A DNA stretch of 64,000 nt from NCBI RefSeq assembly GCF_006345805.1, contig NC_043001.1, positions 103,726,001 to 103,790,000 on the forward strand, given 5' to 3'. Positions within the stretch are counted from its first letter, which is position 1. Each line of letters starts with the position of its first letter. Below are positions 49,964 through 62,060 of the stretch, piece by piece. Made by a program: the position numbers and the translations under genes. The notes beneath the pieces are model-generated. The model made no database searches and was not told the DNA's origin. It was given only the letters and a program-made list of their open reading frames with translations. The DNA is from Octopus sinensis (Eukaryota).

Positions 49964-50402
49964 GCGCGATCTTGCGAGCTCTGGGACGAAGACCGCTTCG
50001 CTCAACAAACAAACAAACAAAAAAAACAAACAAACCAGCAATGACAGCCCCAACAGTCCCATGGACTGGAGGGTTGTGAGCTGCCTAACGTAGAGGGCAT
50101 CGTCTGCCAGGGTTAGTAGGGAATCACCAACAAATGGTGGATGCAGCGACGCGCTGTTGGAGCTCATGTCGCCATACTATAACTACTACTGAAGCCAAAC
50201 TGTACAGGTATGTATAAATACACTAAACGTATATTGATATGTATGTTTACATTTAGAAATGGATATCTAAGTTGATTTTGGAAGACGAGACTGTATAATA
50301 CATACAAAGATACACAAATACACAGCAAATAAGCGTATACATACACGCACAAACTAACATGAAATATATATGTTGGTGTGAATGATGAGCTAGCAGAATC
50401 AC

Positions 50403-50880
50403 TCCACGAGGCTCCGGCAGGGGGCGGGGGGCGACCCCTGTTGTACTCTTTCGTTTCAACGTTCTCTCACTCTTTCTTCCTGTTTCTTGTCGTCGACTTC
50501 CTACGCAACCGCTGAGCCTGAATGCGCATTCATCCATCCGGCGATGCTCTCGGTGTCGGGGGTTGACCTGCTTTCTCTTCTGCGGGTCTTACGAATAGCA
50601 AAGTACCACGTTTCAACCTCTCCCAATCCTGAGCCTGGATGCGCATTCATCCATCCGTCGATGCTCTTGGTATCGGGGGTTGACCTGCTTTCTCGCCGGG
50701 AAAAATGCTTAGTGGCATTTTGTCCGTCTTCGCGTTCGGAGTTCAAATTCCGCTGCTTTTGACTTGGCCTTTCATCTTTTCGGAGTCGATAAACTAAGTA
50801 CCAGTTGAATATTGGGGTTAATGTAATCGCCTAATCCCATCTCCTGAAATTGCTGGCTTTGTACCAAAATCTGAAATCAT
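50403..50880 (+). mobile_element. Second copy of the family B alternative-tail unit, a partial third copy, then a family A SINE body
   Basis: Repeat of 49730-49963 at 50403-50633; partial at 50630-50694; family A from ~50695. Confidence 0.8.
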
Positions 50881-51175
50881 TGCTGCAATATGGACATTAA
50901 ATCTTAAAGTGAAACTATTTGTTTCATCAAAGCGTAACGTTTATGCTAATTAAACCCGTGATCCATTAGTCTCCTTCATTTTTCGATGCCCACCCAGAAA
51001 CAATAGATTCAGCTTTAAGAATCAACACATAAAGGATGTGTAATATGGCCTGCATCACGATGTCTGAGGTGCAACGGCATAATCGAATTAGCAGTCGTTA
51101 TATGAACACCGACTATGCATCTATCAAAAGATAGTAATATGCATATAATGTGCATATATATATATATACATGTAT

Positions 51176-51225
<50 letters not shown>

Positions 51226-51244
51226 TAATATATATATATAGATA

Positions 51245-51600
51245 GTGAGAATAAACAAAATGAAACAAAGACGAAGACGGGTGTATAGACAACAAACAGC
51301 TGTATTAGTTTAACGCCCGGGAAGTGAGAAAGTCTTTAACTTTTCGAGCCTACGCTCTTCGACAGAAAAGAACACAGAAATAAACAAGAAGAGAAAACAG
51401 AAAAAAGTTTAGAGGTTAGCGATCTATCATGGCGAATGCCGGAGAGGGGAGTCACGCAGGAGAGGTAGGAAGAAGGGGAGATAATAAAGTAGTGGCGATC
51501 CCAAAACGAAGGTGGACGTGCGTATGTGTGTGTGTAAATACAAATCATATATAGCCAGCTTGAACTCGGTAGCATGTAGATCGAACCCTTTCTTCACAAA
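51245..51600 (-). mobile_element. Penelope-like pseudo-LTR repeat (family HHR-B) with hammerhead motif at 51334-51370
   Basis: Minus strand: TTTT-CTGTCGA-A-GAGC(gtag)GCTC-GAAA-AG-T-T-AAAG. Confidence 0.65.
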
Positions 51601-51617
51601 TGCTTTTCTATACGTTT

Positions 51618-51671
<54 letters not shown>

Positions 51672-51714
51672 ATATATATATATATATATGTGCGTGTGGT
51701 GTATGTGTGTATTG

Positions 51715-52015
51715 AGTCATTAGAGTGCGGCCACGCTGGGGCACTGCCTTGAAGAAATTTAATCGAACGAACCGGTCCCAGTACTTACCTGGTTATTCTA
51801 TTGCTCATTTTTACCGAACCGTCGCTTTACAGGGACAGAATCACACCACACCAATTCTCAAGCGATATGTGTGGCGGTGGGAGAGGGACAATTACAGATG
51901 CAGAAAGACACGTAGGAGGCTTTGGTCGGCCAAGATGTCGCGCAGTGGGAATGAACCCGGAACCATGTGGCTGAGAAGGAAACTTCTTACCACAGAGCCA
52001 CAGAGCCACGCCTGC
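51715..52015 (-). mobile_element. SINE family C, diverged
   Basis: gcggccacgctggggcactgcc...cgcagtgggaatgaacccggaaccatgtgg...cttaccacagagccac. Confidence 0.8.
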
Positions 52016-52121
52016 ACGTATATACATATATACATCCATATGCGTGTTTGTGTCTGTGTGTGTGCGTGTGTGTGTGTGCGCGGGTGTATGTGTGTGAAAT
52101 ATTAAGTAGAGAGTACATAAG

Positions 52122-52221
52122 NNNNNNNNNNNNNNNNNNNNNNNNNNNNNNNNNNNNNNNNNNNNNNNNNNNNNNNNNNNNNNNNNNNNNNNNNNNNNNN
52201 NNNNNNNNNNNNNNNNNNNNN
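52122..52221. other. Assembly gap (100 N)
   Basis: Run of N flanked by a (TA)n tract. Confidence 1.
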
Positions 52222-52265
<44 letters not shown>

Positions 52266-53133
52266 GTGCGCATAGTATAAGAGTAGTGTCCATAACTAAA
52301 TCTACTGGCTTTTTTACAATCTAAATAAATGTACAGTGATTCCACAACTCGAATTATTTACCACTAAAATAATTCTCGTCTCTCTCTCTCTCTCTCTCCT
52401 CTCTCTTCTCTCTCTCTCTCCTCTCTCTCTCACTCTCTCTCTCTGTTTCTGTATCTATCTATCTATTTATCTCTTTCCTCTACTAATAAATTAACACTCT
52501 CACCGCCATCAAACCGTTTCAAGTTGAAAATTTCAACAGACACACAGTCAAGCGTGTACAGACGTATCGACGAACACACAAACACTATATATAACGGCAA
52601 CAAAGCGTTTCAAACACTACAAAGACTGAGAAATCTAGAAATACAACAACCAATCACATCTCGTCTTTTGAATCAAATAAACATCAGTGAAATTTATGAA
52701 TGCCACACAGACAGAGACAAAGAGACATTCGCCTATATCAGACACGCGAAAGTAGACATTTTACTCCAAAAGAAAAACTGTCCAAACAAACTCAGAATCG
52801 CAGAAACAAACCAATATAAAAATTTAATTAGAATACAGGTCTTTTTTTTTTTCATTGAATAATTTGATGCCATAAGAAATGGCTTACTTCCATTGTCATT
52901 TAAAATTCCCCGTATGTGGGTGGAATATATAACGCAACACATATACCCGGAAGAGACTTGATATTGCAAAAGACGAAGCAGAATTTTTGCAAAATATAGT
53001 GATTATGGTATTTATATATGTATATGTATTACGTGTCTTTGTGTGTGTGTGCGCGCGCACACACCTACATATGTATATTGTATACACACATATATACACA
53101 CACACACACACACATATACATATATAACATATA

Positions 53134-53194
<61 letters not shown>

Positions 53195-53306
53195 TATATA
53201 TACTAATATATGTGTGTGTATATATATGTGTGTGTGTGTGTATATATACATATACGTTAATGATATGTATACATATAGTGTGGGTGTACATGTATATTTT
53301 ATAAGT

Positions 53307-53662
53307 GGAGGCGCAATGGCCCAGTTGTTAAGGCAGCAGACTCGATTCCCAGACCGGGCGTTGTGTGTGTTTATTGAGCGAAAACACCTAAAGCTCCACG
53401 AGACTCCGGCAGTGGGTGGTGGCGAACCCTGCTGTACACTTTCGCAACGACTTTCTCTCATTCATTTTTCCTGTTTCTGTTGTACTTGTATTTCAAAGGG
53501 GGACAGCCTTGTCACATTCTGTGTCCCGCTGAATCTCCCCAAGAACTACGCTAAGGGTACACGTGTCTGCGGAGTGTTCCACTTGCACGTTAATTTCACC
53601 AGCAGGCTGTTCCGTTGATCGGATCAACTGGAACCTTCGTCGTCGCAACCGACGGAGGGCCG
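53307..53662 (+). mobile_element. SINE family B, full length
   Basis: ggaggcgcaatggcccagt...gttccgttgatcggatcaactggaacc...gacggagggcc. Confidence 0.92.
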
Positions 53663-53682
53663 CGATATTTTTAATGCGCAAA

Positions 53683-53945
53683 TTTCTGTTGATTGTTTTC
53701 AGCCATCACCATCACCGCTACCATCGCCACCACAACTGCCATACACACACCATTCAGACTTCTGAGGCGACCACCATCAATACTTTTGACTTTGCCGCCT
53801 TCCCCTCCACCACCATCACCACTGTCTTTCACATCGCTTACTATCACCGTCATCCATGACTGACCACCATCACCACCATCACCGTTGCTTTAGCTTTTAT
53901 ATCACAACTACAGCTCATACTATTACTCTCACCCCATTACCATCA
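53683..53945 (+). repeat. 263-bp CAC/CAT-rich segment, copy 1 (copy 2 at 60033-60295)
   Basis: Only a handful of substitutions between the two copies. Confidence 0.9.
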
Positions 53946-54029
53946 AAATTAAGTGATGTATTTCGAGAAGGTCGGTTTGCCAATAAACTTATTACATTTC
54001 TATTTCTTCTTTTAATATCGGTTTCTAGT

Positions 54030-54220
54030 TTTGACACAAGGCCAGCAATTTCGGAGTGGGAATGATGTGTAAGTCGATCACATCGACACCAATATTCAAA
54101 TGGTGCTTAATTTATCGTTCACGAAAGGAAGAAAGGCAAAGTCGACCTCGGCGTAAGTCGGAAGAAATTCTAGTAACCATTTTGTTCGGAACAGTAACGA
54201 TTCTGCCAGCTTGCCGCCTT
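54030..54220 (-). mobile_element. SINE family A
   Basis: gaaaggcaaagtcgacctcggcg..ctaacgattctgccagcttgccgcctt. Confidence 0.8.
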
Positions 54221-54779
54221 AAATACTGGCCTCGGCTAGTGTCCTTAGCTATCGAAGAACTTTTGAACAACCATTCTTATTCCTAATAGATCAGATTTAC
54301 GTGTCAATGCAATTCTCGTAGTTTCTCGGATCTCATTAAAGAGACTACAGGAAGCAGCTAACAGAATTTCACAACAATACTCACTCACCGCATACACTAC
54401 ACGGTTAATGCGCAACATAAAACACTGTTATTAGTTTAATGCACTCATCGGCAGAAAAAAAAAAGCGCCCGGCAGAACTTCCGGAACCGCACGCCTAAAC
54501 AAGAAAATTCCGTTGGGCAATAGTGACGGACGAAATATACTAACAGGCAGAAGCTAATATACATTCATTTTGTTTTTTTTTATAAAATAGAATAACACTA
54601 GGTTACATACGATATTGGAGCAGCAGACGATGCCGAATAAGATTCTGATTCGGATAAATACGCGTATAAATATTAATACGCGTTATACATATACATATAC
54701 AAGTACACACATATGTACACACACATACACACTTACTGTGTTCTAATGTATGTATGCGAATATGCAGTGTGTGTGTGTA

Positions 54780-55190
<411 letters not shown>

Positions 55191-55193
55191 TCG

Positions 55194-55530
55194 TGAAGGC
55201 GTGTGGCCTCAGTGGTTAGAGCATCGAGCTTACGATCGTGAGGTTGTGAGCTCGAATCCCGGACCGGGCTGCGTGTTGTGTTCTTGAGCAAGACACTTGT
55301 TTGACGTTGGCCAGTTCACTCAGCTGTAGAAATGAGTTGCGACGTCACAGGTGCCAAGCTGTATCGGCCCTTGCCTTTCCCTTGGACAACATCGGTGACG
55401 TGGAGAGGGGAGGCCGGTATGCATGGGCGACTGCTGGTCTCCCAAAAAACAACCTTGCCCAGACTTGTGCCTCAGAGAGTAACTCTCTAGGTACAAACCC
55501 ATGGTCAGTGTCTGACCGAAGGGGGTCACC
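55194..55530 (+). mobile_element. Head X SINE (tRNA-Arg(ACG)-like) with alternative tail
   Basis: gaaggcgtgtggcctcagtggttagagcatcgagcttACGatcgtgagg..ctcgaatcccggacc; CORE-like cttgagcaagacac..ctcagctgtagaaatgag. Confidence 0.88.
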
Positions 55531-56188
55531 ACATATATATATAGAGATTCCTTCTCTCTCAGATTTCGCTGTCTTCTCTTCTTGCTCACTTTCCCCCCTC
55601 TTTCACTTCACTGTGTCCCTGTTATTTTTTCTCGCCCCTTCTTAATTCTTCTGTCCCTCTGCCTCTTTCTCTCTCCCCACATGACCGGTGTTCGGCCAAG
55701 CCTAATCTTTCTATCTTGGTTCAGCCGCTGTCCGTGCAACATCTATATTCTTCGCCGTGCCTCTAAAATCTCGTATCCCTGCTGTAAGGCTTTATTTCCA
55801 CACACGCCAGCTTAATTTAATTCATCCTTAGTCAAAAGACACCTGTTGTCATGTCTTGTAATTTGTATTTGTGTAACGTTCTCCGTCTTTTTTCTGTCCT
55901 TGTTTTCGTATATATTCGCTGCTTTTTTCCAAGGAATCTAATGCTCTTAGCTCAGTTTTTCCTTGGGGCTGGCCAGATTGGAGCAATCTCGAGTATAACC
56001 AGCCGAAATTGCAAAGATAATCTAGAAATCGACTGAGGAAAGAAAACTCCGAATTACCCGTCCTTGTTTTTTTTTTTTGTACCCTCTATCTGGCTGTTTG
56101 TTGTCCCTGTTTTGTATCCCAACTGTCTGGAAGTTTTGCATTCTTGTCCCATTTTGTATTATATATATATATATATTCTATATATATA

Positions 56189-56238
<50 letters not shown>

Positions 56239-56288
56239 ATTATATATATATATATACATATAATTATATATATATATATATATAATAT

Positions 56289-56341
<53 letters not shown>

Positions 56342-56404
56342 TATATATAATATATATATAATATATATACACACACACATATGTATTTATGTATGTATAT
56401 GTAT

Positions 56405-56722
56405 ATGTATGTGTATGCGTGTATGTTTGCGTGTCTGTGTTTGTCCCCCCACCAACATCGCATGACAACCGATGCTGGTGCGTTTACGTCCCCGTAGTTT
56501 AGCGGTTCGGCAAAATAGACCAATAGAATAAGTACTAGGCTTACAAAGAATAAATCCCGGGGTCGATTTGCTCGACTAAAGGTGGCGCTCCAGCATGGCT
56601 GCAGTCAAGTGACTGAAACAAGTAAAAGAATAAAAGAATAAAATATATATAGGCTATAGTAGAAGACTCTTGCCCACGGTGCCACGCAGTGGGACTGAAC
56701 TCGGAACCATGTGACTGGTAAG
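56405..56722. mobile_element. SINE family C 3' half (+) abutting a family C head fragment (-)
   Basis: Tail at 56405-56640; inverted head piece at 56652-56722. Confidence 0.85.
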
Positions 56723-57100
56723 TAATATATATATATGTGCACACGCATGTGTATACGTATATAAACACACGTACCTAGACACATATATACTTACATATAT
56801 ATATATCATTGTATGCGAGATCTATTAATTTTCATATGTCAAATCAGAACATCTCAGTCCAAGATAAGACTTAATCGAAATTCTAGTTTGCGTCCAGATT
56901 GCAGTCAGAAAAGGTCAATAAAAACTGACCGCATCATTTCTGATTTTCGAACTACTGTTTTCGCAATTATCTAGTCATCATAGATTTGAGATAAGCTAAC
57001 AAACAGAAACGGTTTTATGAAGATTCCTATCAATGATTATCATCTAGATACATATTTTCACTTGAATGCATATCTAAGCCAATTATGAATAACGATTATA

Positions 57101-57285
57101 CAGTCCCGGTCAAAAGTCTAAATGGATGGATAAAAACAAGATTTTTATCCAGTAATTGATGAGAAAGATAAAAAAGAAAGCATGTGTTTTATATAAGATG
57201 AGCTCAAAAACTGAAAACAATTCATAAAATCATAAACATTAAAGTTATACTTTGTAAAATACTCTTTTCCCAGCAATACGCAATA
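57101..57285. mobile_element. Tc1-like terminal fragment
   Basis: TA|CAGTCCCGGTCAAAAGT terminus; no partner end seen. Confidence 0.5.
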
Positions 57286-57294
57286 CATAATTAT

Positions 57295-57740
57295 CGTTAG
57301 CGCGCCGGGCAAAATGCGTAACAGTGTTTAGTCTGTCGTTACGTTCTGAGTTCAAATTCCACCGAAGTCGACTTTGCTTTTCATCCTTTCGGGGTCAATA
57401 AACTAAGTACCAGTGGCGTACTGGGGTCGATCTAATCGAATGGTCCCTTCCCTAAAACTTTCGGGCCTTGTGCCTAGAGTAGAAAATATTTATAGGGCAG
57501 CGAGCTGGCACAAACGTTAGCTCGCCGGACTAAATACTTAACAGTATTTCGCCTGTCGTTACGTTCTGAGTTCAAATTCCGTCGAGGTTGACTTTTCTTT
57601 TCATCGCTTTTGGGTCGATAAATGAAGTACCAATTTCGTACTGGTGTTCATCTAATCGACTGGTCCCTTCCCCCCAAAATTTTGAGCTTTGTGCCTAGAG
57701 AAGAAAAGAATATTTTACAGGGCGGCGAGCTGGCAGATGG
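57295..57740 (+). mobile_element. Head-to-tail cluster of family A SINEs (two near-complete copies plus a head fragment)
   Basis: 57295-57485, 57495-57712 and 57720-57740, separated by atattt(t)a spacers. Confidence 0.88.
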
Positions 57741-58287
57741 ACGGCAGGAAAAAGCTAGTTGATTAATGGAAAATTCGCCAATCCACCATATTGCAATGAG
57801 CCCTCCTGCAGTACCGTACCCAGTACAGGATTTTTTCCCAGCTGGAACGCTCGCGGTTGTATTAAATTCTCTTTCTACAATCAGGAACTTTTGTGGCATA
57901 ACGTCAGCCTCATCTGTCGAATGATGTGTCAACATGTGTCTGGTGAAATCGAGATTAGCTTTCTAAAGCATATTTTTAATAGACACGATATCATGATTCA
58001 TGATTTTGATTCCATGAAAAAGTCCTTTTCTCATATGAAAATTCCATAAATTTATAAAATATTAACCTTGCTGTGTATCAGAAATGTCAAATAACGGACT
58101 AAATTATGAAATACTCTCTGATCGTCCTTATATCACAAATATGTAATATAAACTAATTCTGTTATTTGCAAATATCGAGTTGAATATAAAGATTCATAAG
58201 TTCATACGTCTATCGAGAGTGTTCAATATTTCCGACCGAATCTTTTGCAAGAAAGCAAGAAACCAGTGTGCCCAAGTTTGAGGAAAC

Positions 58288-58578
58288 ACAGTTCTATATT
58301 TAAGTGATGAGGAATTATGTACATTATTTACATAATTTACATTTGACGGATATTTGGCTTCATCTTGTTTGTTGTTAACACAACGCTTCGGTTGATTTGC
58401 CCTCCAGCCTTCATCAGGTGTCTTGGGGAAAATTTCGAACCTGGGTTCTCATTCTTAAGGTATTTTTCGAGGTTATTATCATCATTATTATTATTATTCA
58501 GGTCACTGCTCGGAATCGAACTCGGAATTTTGGGTTTAGTAGTCCGCGCTCTTAACCGCTACGCCATATGCCCATGGA
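58288..58578 (-). mobile_element. tRNA-head / microsatellite / hammerhead element, second copy
   Basis: Minus strand: gggcatatggcgtagcggttaagagcgcggactactaaacccaaaattccgagttcgattccgagcagtgacctg-(aat)n-...ccccaagacacCTGATGA...aaatatagaactg. Confidence 0.85.
58377..58422 (-). ncRNA. Minimal type I hammerhead ribozyme motif
   Basis: ACAC-CTGATGA-A-GGCTG(gagggcaaat)CAACC-GAAG-CG-T-T-GTGT. Canonical CUGAUGA; single changes in stem II and GAAA. Confidence 0.7.
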
Positions 58579-58598
58579 ACGGTATAATACTTTAGAGG

Positions 58599-58824
58599 TG
58601 AGCTGGCAGAATCGTTAGCACGCCGGGCGAAATGCTTAGCGGTATTTCCTCTGGCGTTACGTTGTGAGTACAAATTCCACCGAGGTCGACTTTGCCTTTA
58701 ATCTTTTTGGGGTCGATAAATTAATTACCAGTTATGCACTGGGGTCGATATAATCGACTTAATCTGTTTGTCTGTCCTTGTTTGTCCCCTCTGTGTTTAG
58801 CCACTTGTGGGTAGTAAAGAAATA
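58599..58824 (+). mobile_element. SINE family A long unit flanked by a 16-18-bp direct repeat
   Basis: GGTATAATACTTTAGAGG at 58581-58598 and 58825-58842. Confidence 0.9.
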
Positions 58825-59088
58825 GGTATAATACTTTAGAGGAAGCGTATAATACTTTAGATTTAATAGGCGTAACTAGACAAGGGAAAACATGCATTTA
58901 TTTTCTAAGGTTTCAAAGGTAATTCTAGTAAACTGCAAATTCAGGTGTTATGGCTAATTTGAGGCAACATAACTTTAAAAAATATATATAATTTGTATAA
59001 TAATTATGTTTGATTATTAGAGCTGTATCTCCAATGATACTCTATACGGCACACAACATTAATTAGAATCAAATACTATTTTCACACT

Positions 59089-59342
59089 GGAGGCGCAATG
59101 ACCCAGTGGTTAGAGCAGTGGACTCGCGGTCGTAGGACTGCGGTTTCGGTTCCCAGACCAGGCGTTGTGAGCGTTTATTAAGTGAAAACACCTAAAGCTC
59201 CATGCTGAATCTCGCCGAGAACTACGTTAAGGGTACACATGTCTTTAGAGTGTTCAGCCACTTGCACGTTAATTTCACAAGCAGGCTGTTCCGTTGATCG
59301 GATCAACTGGAAGCCTCGTCGTCGTAACCGACGGAGTGCCAC
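59089..59342 (+). mobile_element. SINE family B with internal deletion
   Basis: Head and tail joined at aagctcc|atgctgaatctc. Confidence 0.9.
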
Positions 59343-59359
59343 GATTTTCACATTGTGGT

Positions 59360-59790
59360 CCAAGGTCAGAAATTCCGAGAGAGAGGTTAAGTCGATTTCG
59401 TTGACCCCAGTCCTTAACTGGTATTTATTTTATCAAGCCCGAAAAATAAAAGGAAACTTCGAGCTCGACGGAATTTGAACAGAGAACGTAAAGCCGAACG
59501 AAATGCCGCTAAGCAGTTTATCCGGCGTGCCAACGTTTCTGCCAGTTCGCCGTCCTATTAGCACCAAATATTAGTTTGAAATTGTAGAACAAGGCCAGCA
59601 ATTTTGGGGCAGAGAATAAGTCGATTACATCGATACCAGTGCTTAACTGGTAATATATTTTATCGACCTTTTAAGAATAAATGGTAAAGTGGACCTCCGT
59701 GGAATTTAAACTCAGCGCGTGCAGACGAACGGAATGTTGCTGAGTATTTTTCGCGGCGTGTTAACAATTCCGCCACCTCGCCGCCGTAAT
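59360..59790 (-). mobile_element. Two family A SINEs in tandem on the minus strand
   Basis: 59360-59560 and 59570-59790, each with ggaattt(g/a)aac and gccag..cgccg. Confidence 0.8.
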
Positions 59791-60032
59791 TAGGAGCCAC
59801 TTTTAAGATAGCTCCCGTGGAAGGCTCCTCATTAGGCCTTGAGCCCAATAAGGACAGTTCATGCATTGAGTATATTTTAAATTTTATTAAACTTAAACAA
59901 TATCTTTCAAGCAATGAACAATTTTCATCAAAACAATGATATAATTTGTCGAACTTATCGCAAAGCTGCATGATAAACAATATTTTTGTCTTCCCATTCA
60001 GGGGTCAGTATAATGTTTTTCTGTCTAACCTC

Positions 60033-60295
60033 TTTCTGTTGATTGTTTTCAGCCATCACCATCACCACTACCATCGCCACCACAACTGCCATACACACAC
60101 CATTCAGACTTCTGAGGCGACCACCATCAATACTTTTGACTTTGCCGCATTCTCCTCCACCACCATCACCACTGTCTTTCACATCGCTTACTATCACCGT
60201 CATCCATGACTGACCACCATCACCATCATCACCGTTGCTTCCGCTTTTATATCACAACTACAGCTCATACTATTACTCTCACCCCATTACCATCA
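60033..60295 (+). repeat. 263-bp CAC/CAT-rich segment, copy 2
   Basis: Direct repeat of 53683-53945. Confidence 0.9.
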
Positions 60296-61062
60296 CAACC
60301 GTCAATCTACTACTGTCTCTATGCCTACTACTACTCTCACCCTAACACGAGGAATGATTTAGTTGTCATTGAATAGTGAGAGAGGGGGTCGAAGTGTGAC
60401 ACACTGACACACAGAAATTCGTTTTGGCATTTATTATTATAGATTTATAAATCACAAACGATAAATTATGTTGTGAAAATGCAGACGACGTCATTTAGGA
60501 AGGCGTAAATAATTTCTCACCACGTCCAAATGCAACAAATCTAACACCGGAAATTTTCATTCTCTTAGATTGACTTCTCTCTCCTCCAACTTGCTTCGAC
60601 TAACACCTCCCTCCTCCAACTTCCTTAGAATGTCATGGAAAATACAGTTTAACAGTTGGCATTGAAAACTTTATTTATATTTATTTATTTATTGCATTAG
60701 CAGTAACAAGAAGTCGTGATGGGGAATAGACAAAGTTTAGCTTAGTTGAAATATTGTTCTATCATATTTTATATTCTAAAAGCAATTTCACTGCACTTTA
60801 CTTGCTCGCTTATAGTAAGGGATAAGTATACCGTTGTCAGATCAGTTGCGCCCTCCTTTGGGTCCCTAGATTCATTTCTGGCTCGTTATCCTCGTTCAGC
60901 AGAGGATACCAAAGAGGGGTGACCCTCAGCTGATTAGTAAACCGCCGTGTCTTTATAATAAATTAGTCAATACTAGTGACTCATTGGCATTCGTTGACCA
61001 CCCAGTCTGAACAAATACTTAAATTGTAGCGTGAAGCAATGATGAGAAATAAATTTTAGGTG

Positions 61063-61363
61063 AGTTCAGATATGTTTGTAACTTTTAAAGGCAATTTCCC
61101 TGGAGTTTACCGTGCTAGAAATTTTCGCTTACAGTAAAGTGTAAATACATCATTTCAGCTCAGCAATACCTATTTTGGACTCCCAGAATCCTACTAAAGA
61201 AAGCATAACGAGCCAGAAATATATCTAGTGTCCCAGTAGAGAACACCACTGAAACCTCAATGGTGTGTTTACACCATTTACCATAAGCGAGCATTTTTCT
61301 CCACGGTAAACTGCAGTGAAATTGCCTTTAGAAAGTAAAATATATTGTAAGCATATTTGAACT
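61063..61363. mobile_element. Foldback MITE with ~90-bp imperfect terminal inverted repeats
   Basis: aaaggcaatttccctggagtttaccgtg..tcgctta..gtgtaaatacatcatt pairs with aatggtgtgtttacac..taagcga..cacggtaaactgcagtgaaattgccttt. Confidence 0.8.
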
Positions 61364-61499
61364 AAGGCAAAATTGGTTTACAGCCATTTATTGTATCTTC
61401 ATTGCGCGTCTACATTGTCTCCTATAACTATTAGCAGAGTACATGCTGTTGCCATGCCATCCTCGACTGCGAGTGAATGTTATAGCTGCCTACGTGTGT

Positions 61500-61765
<266 letters not shown>

Positions 61766-61875
61766 CTCTGTCTGTTTAATCTATCTACCTATGTAAAGAC
61801 ATACAAAATGGCCTGGATTTGGACAATTAACCTTTTTACTTTGGAAATGCGATATTTTCACTCAAACTTTTATGA

Positions 61876-62060
61876 CCCTTTAACTGTGAAAAGCAGTTTT
61901 ATATACCAATCTATCTTTTGTTGAGTAATGCCGTGTTTAAAACTCATTTTTATCGATGTATGTCGAGTTTATTGAAGCAATTCCACTTTTCATTTTTGCT
62001 TTATAGATATTTAACATCATTACCGGAATTATCATAAAATTTATTTTGGCAGTTAACAGG
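61876..62060. mobile_element. Decayed piggyBac-type MITE
   Basis: ccctttaactg ... cagttaacagg|TTAA; left TSD is degenerate. Confidence 0.45.

Noticed and set aside
51781-51792. GTACTTACCTGG, similar to the U1 snRNA 5' end
   Set aside because: It lies inside a family C SINE and no further U1 sequence follows.
52524-52862. 112-aa ORF of apparently unique sequence
   Set aside because: The strand is A/C-rich and T-poor, so stops are rare. No recognisable motif and no canonical donor.
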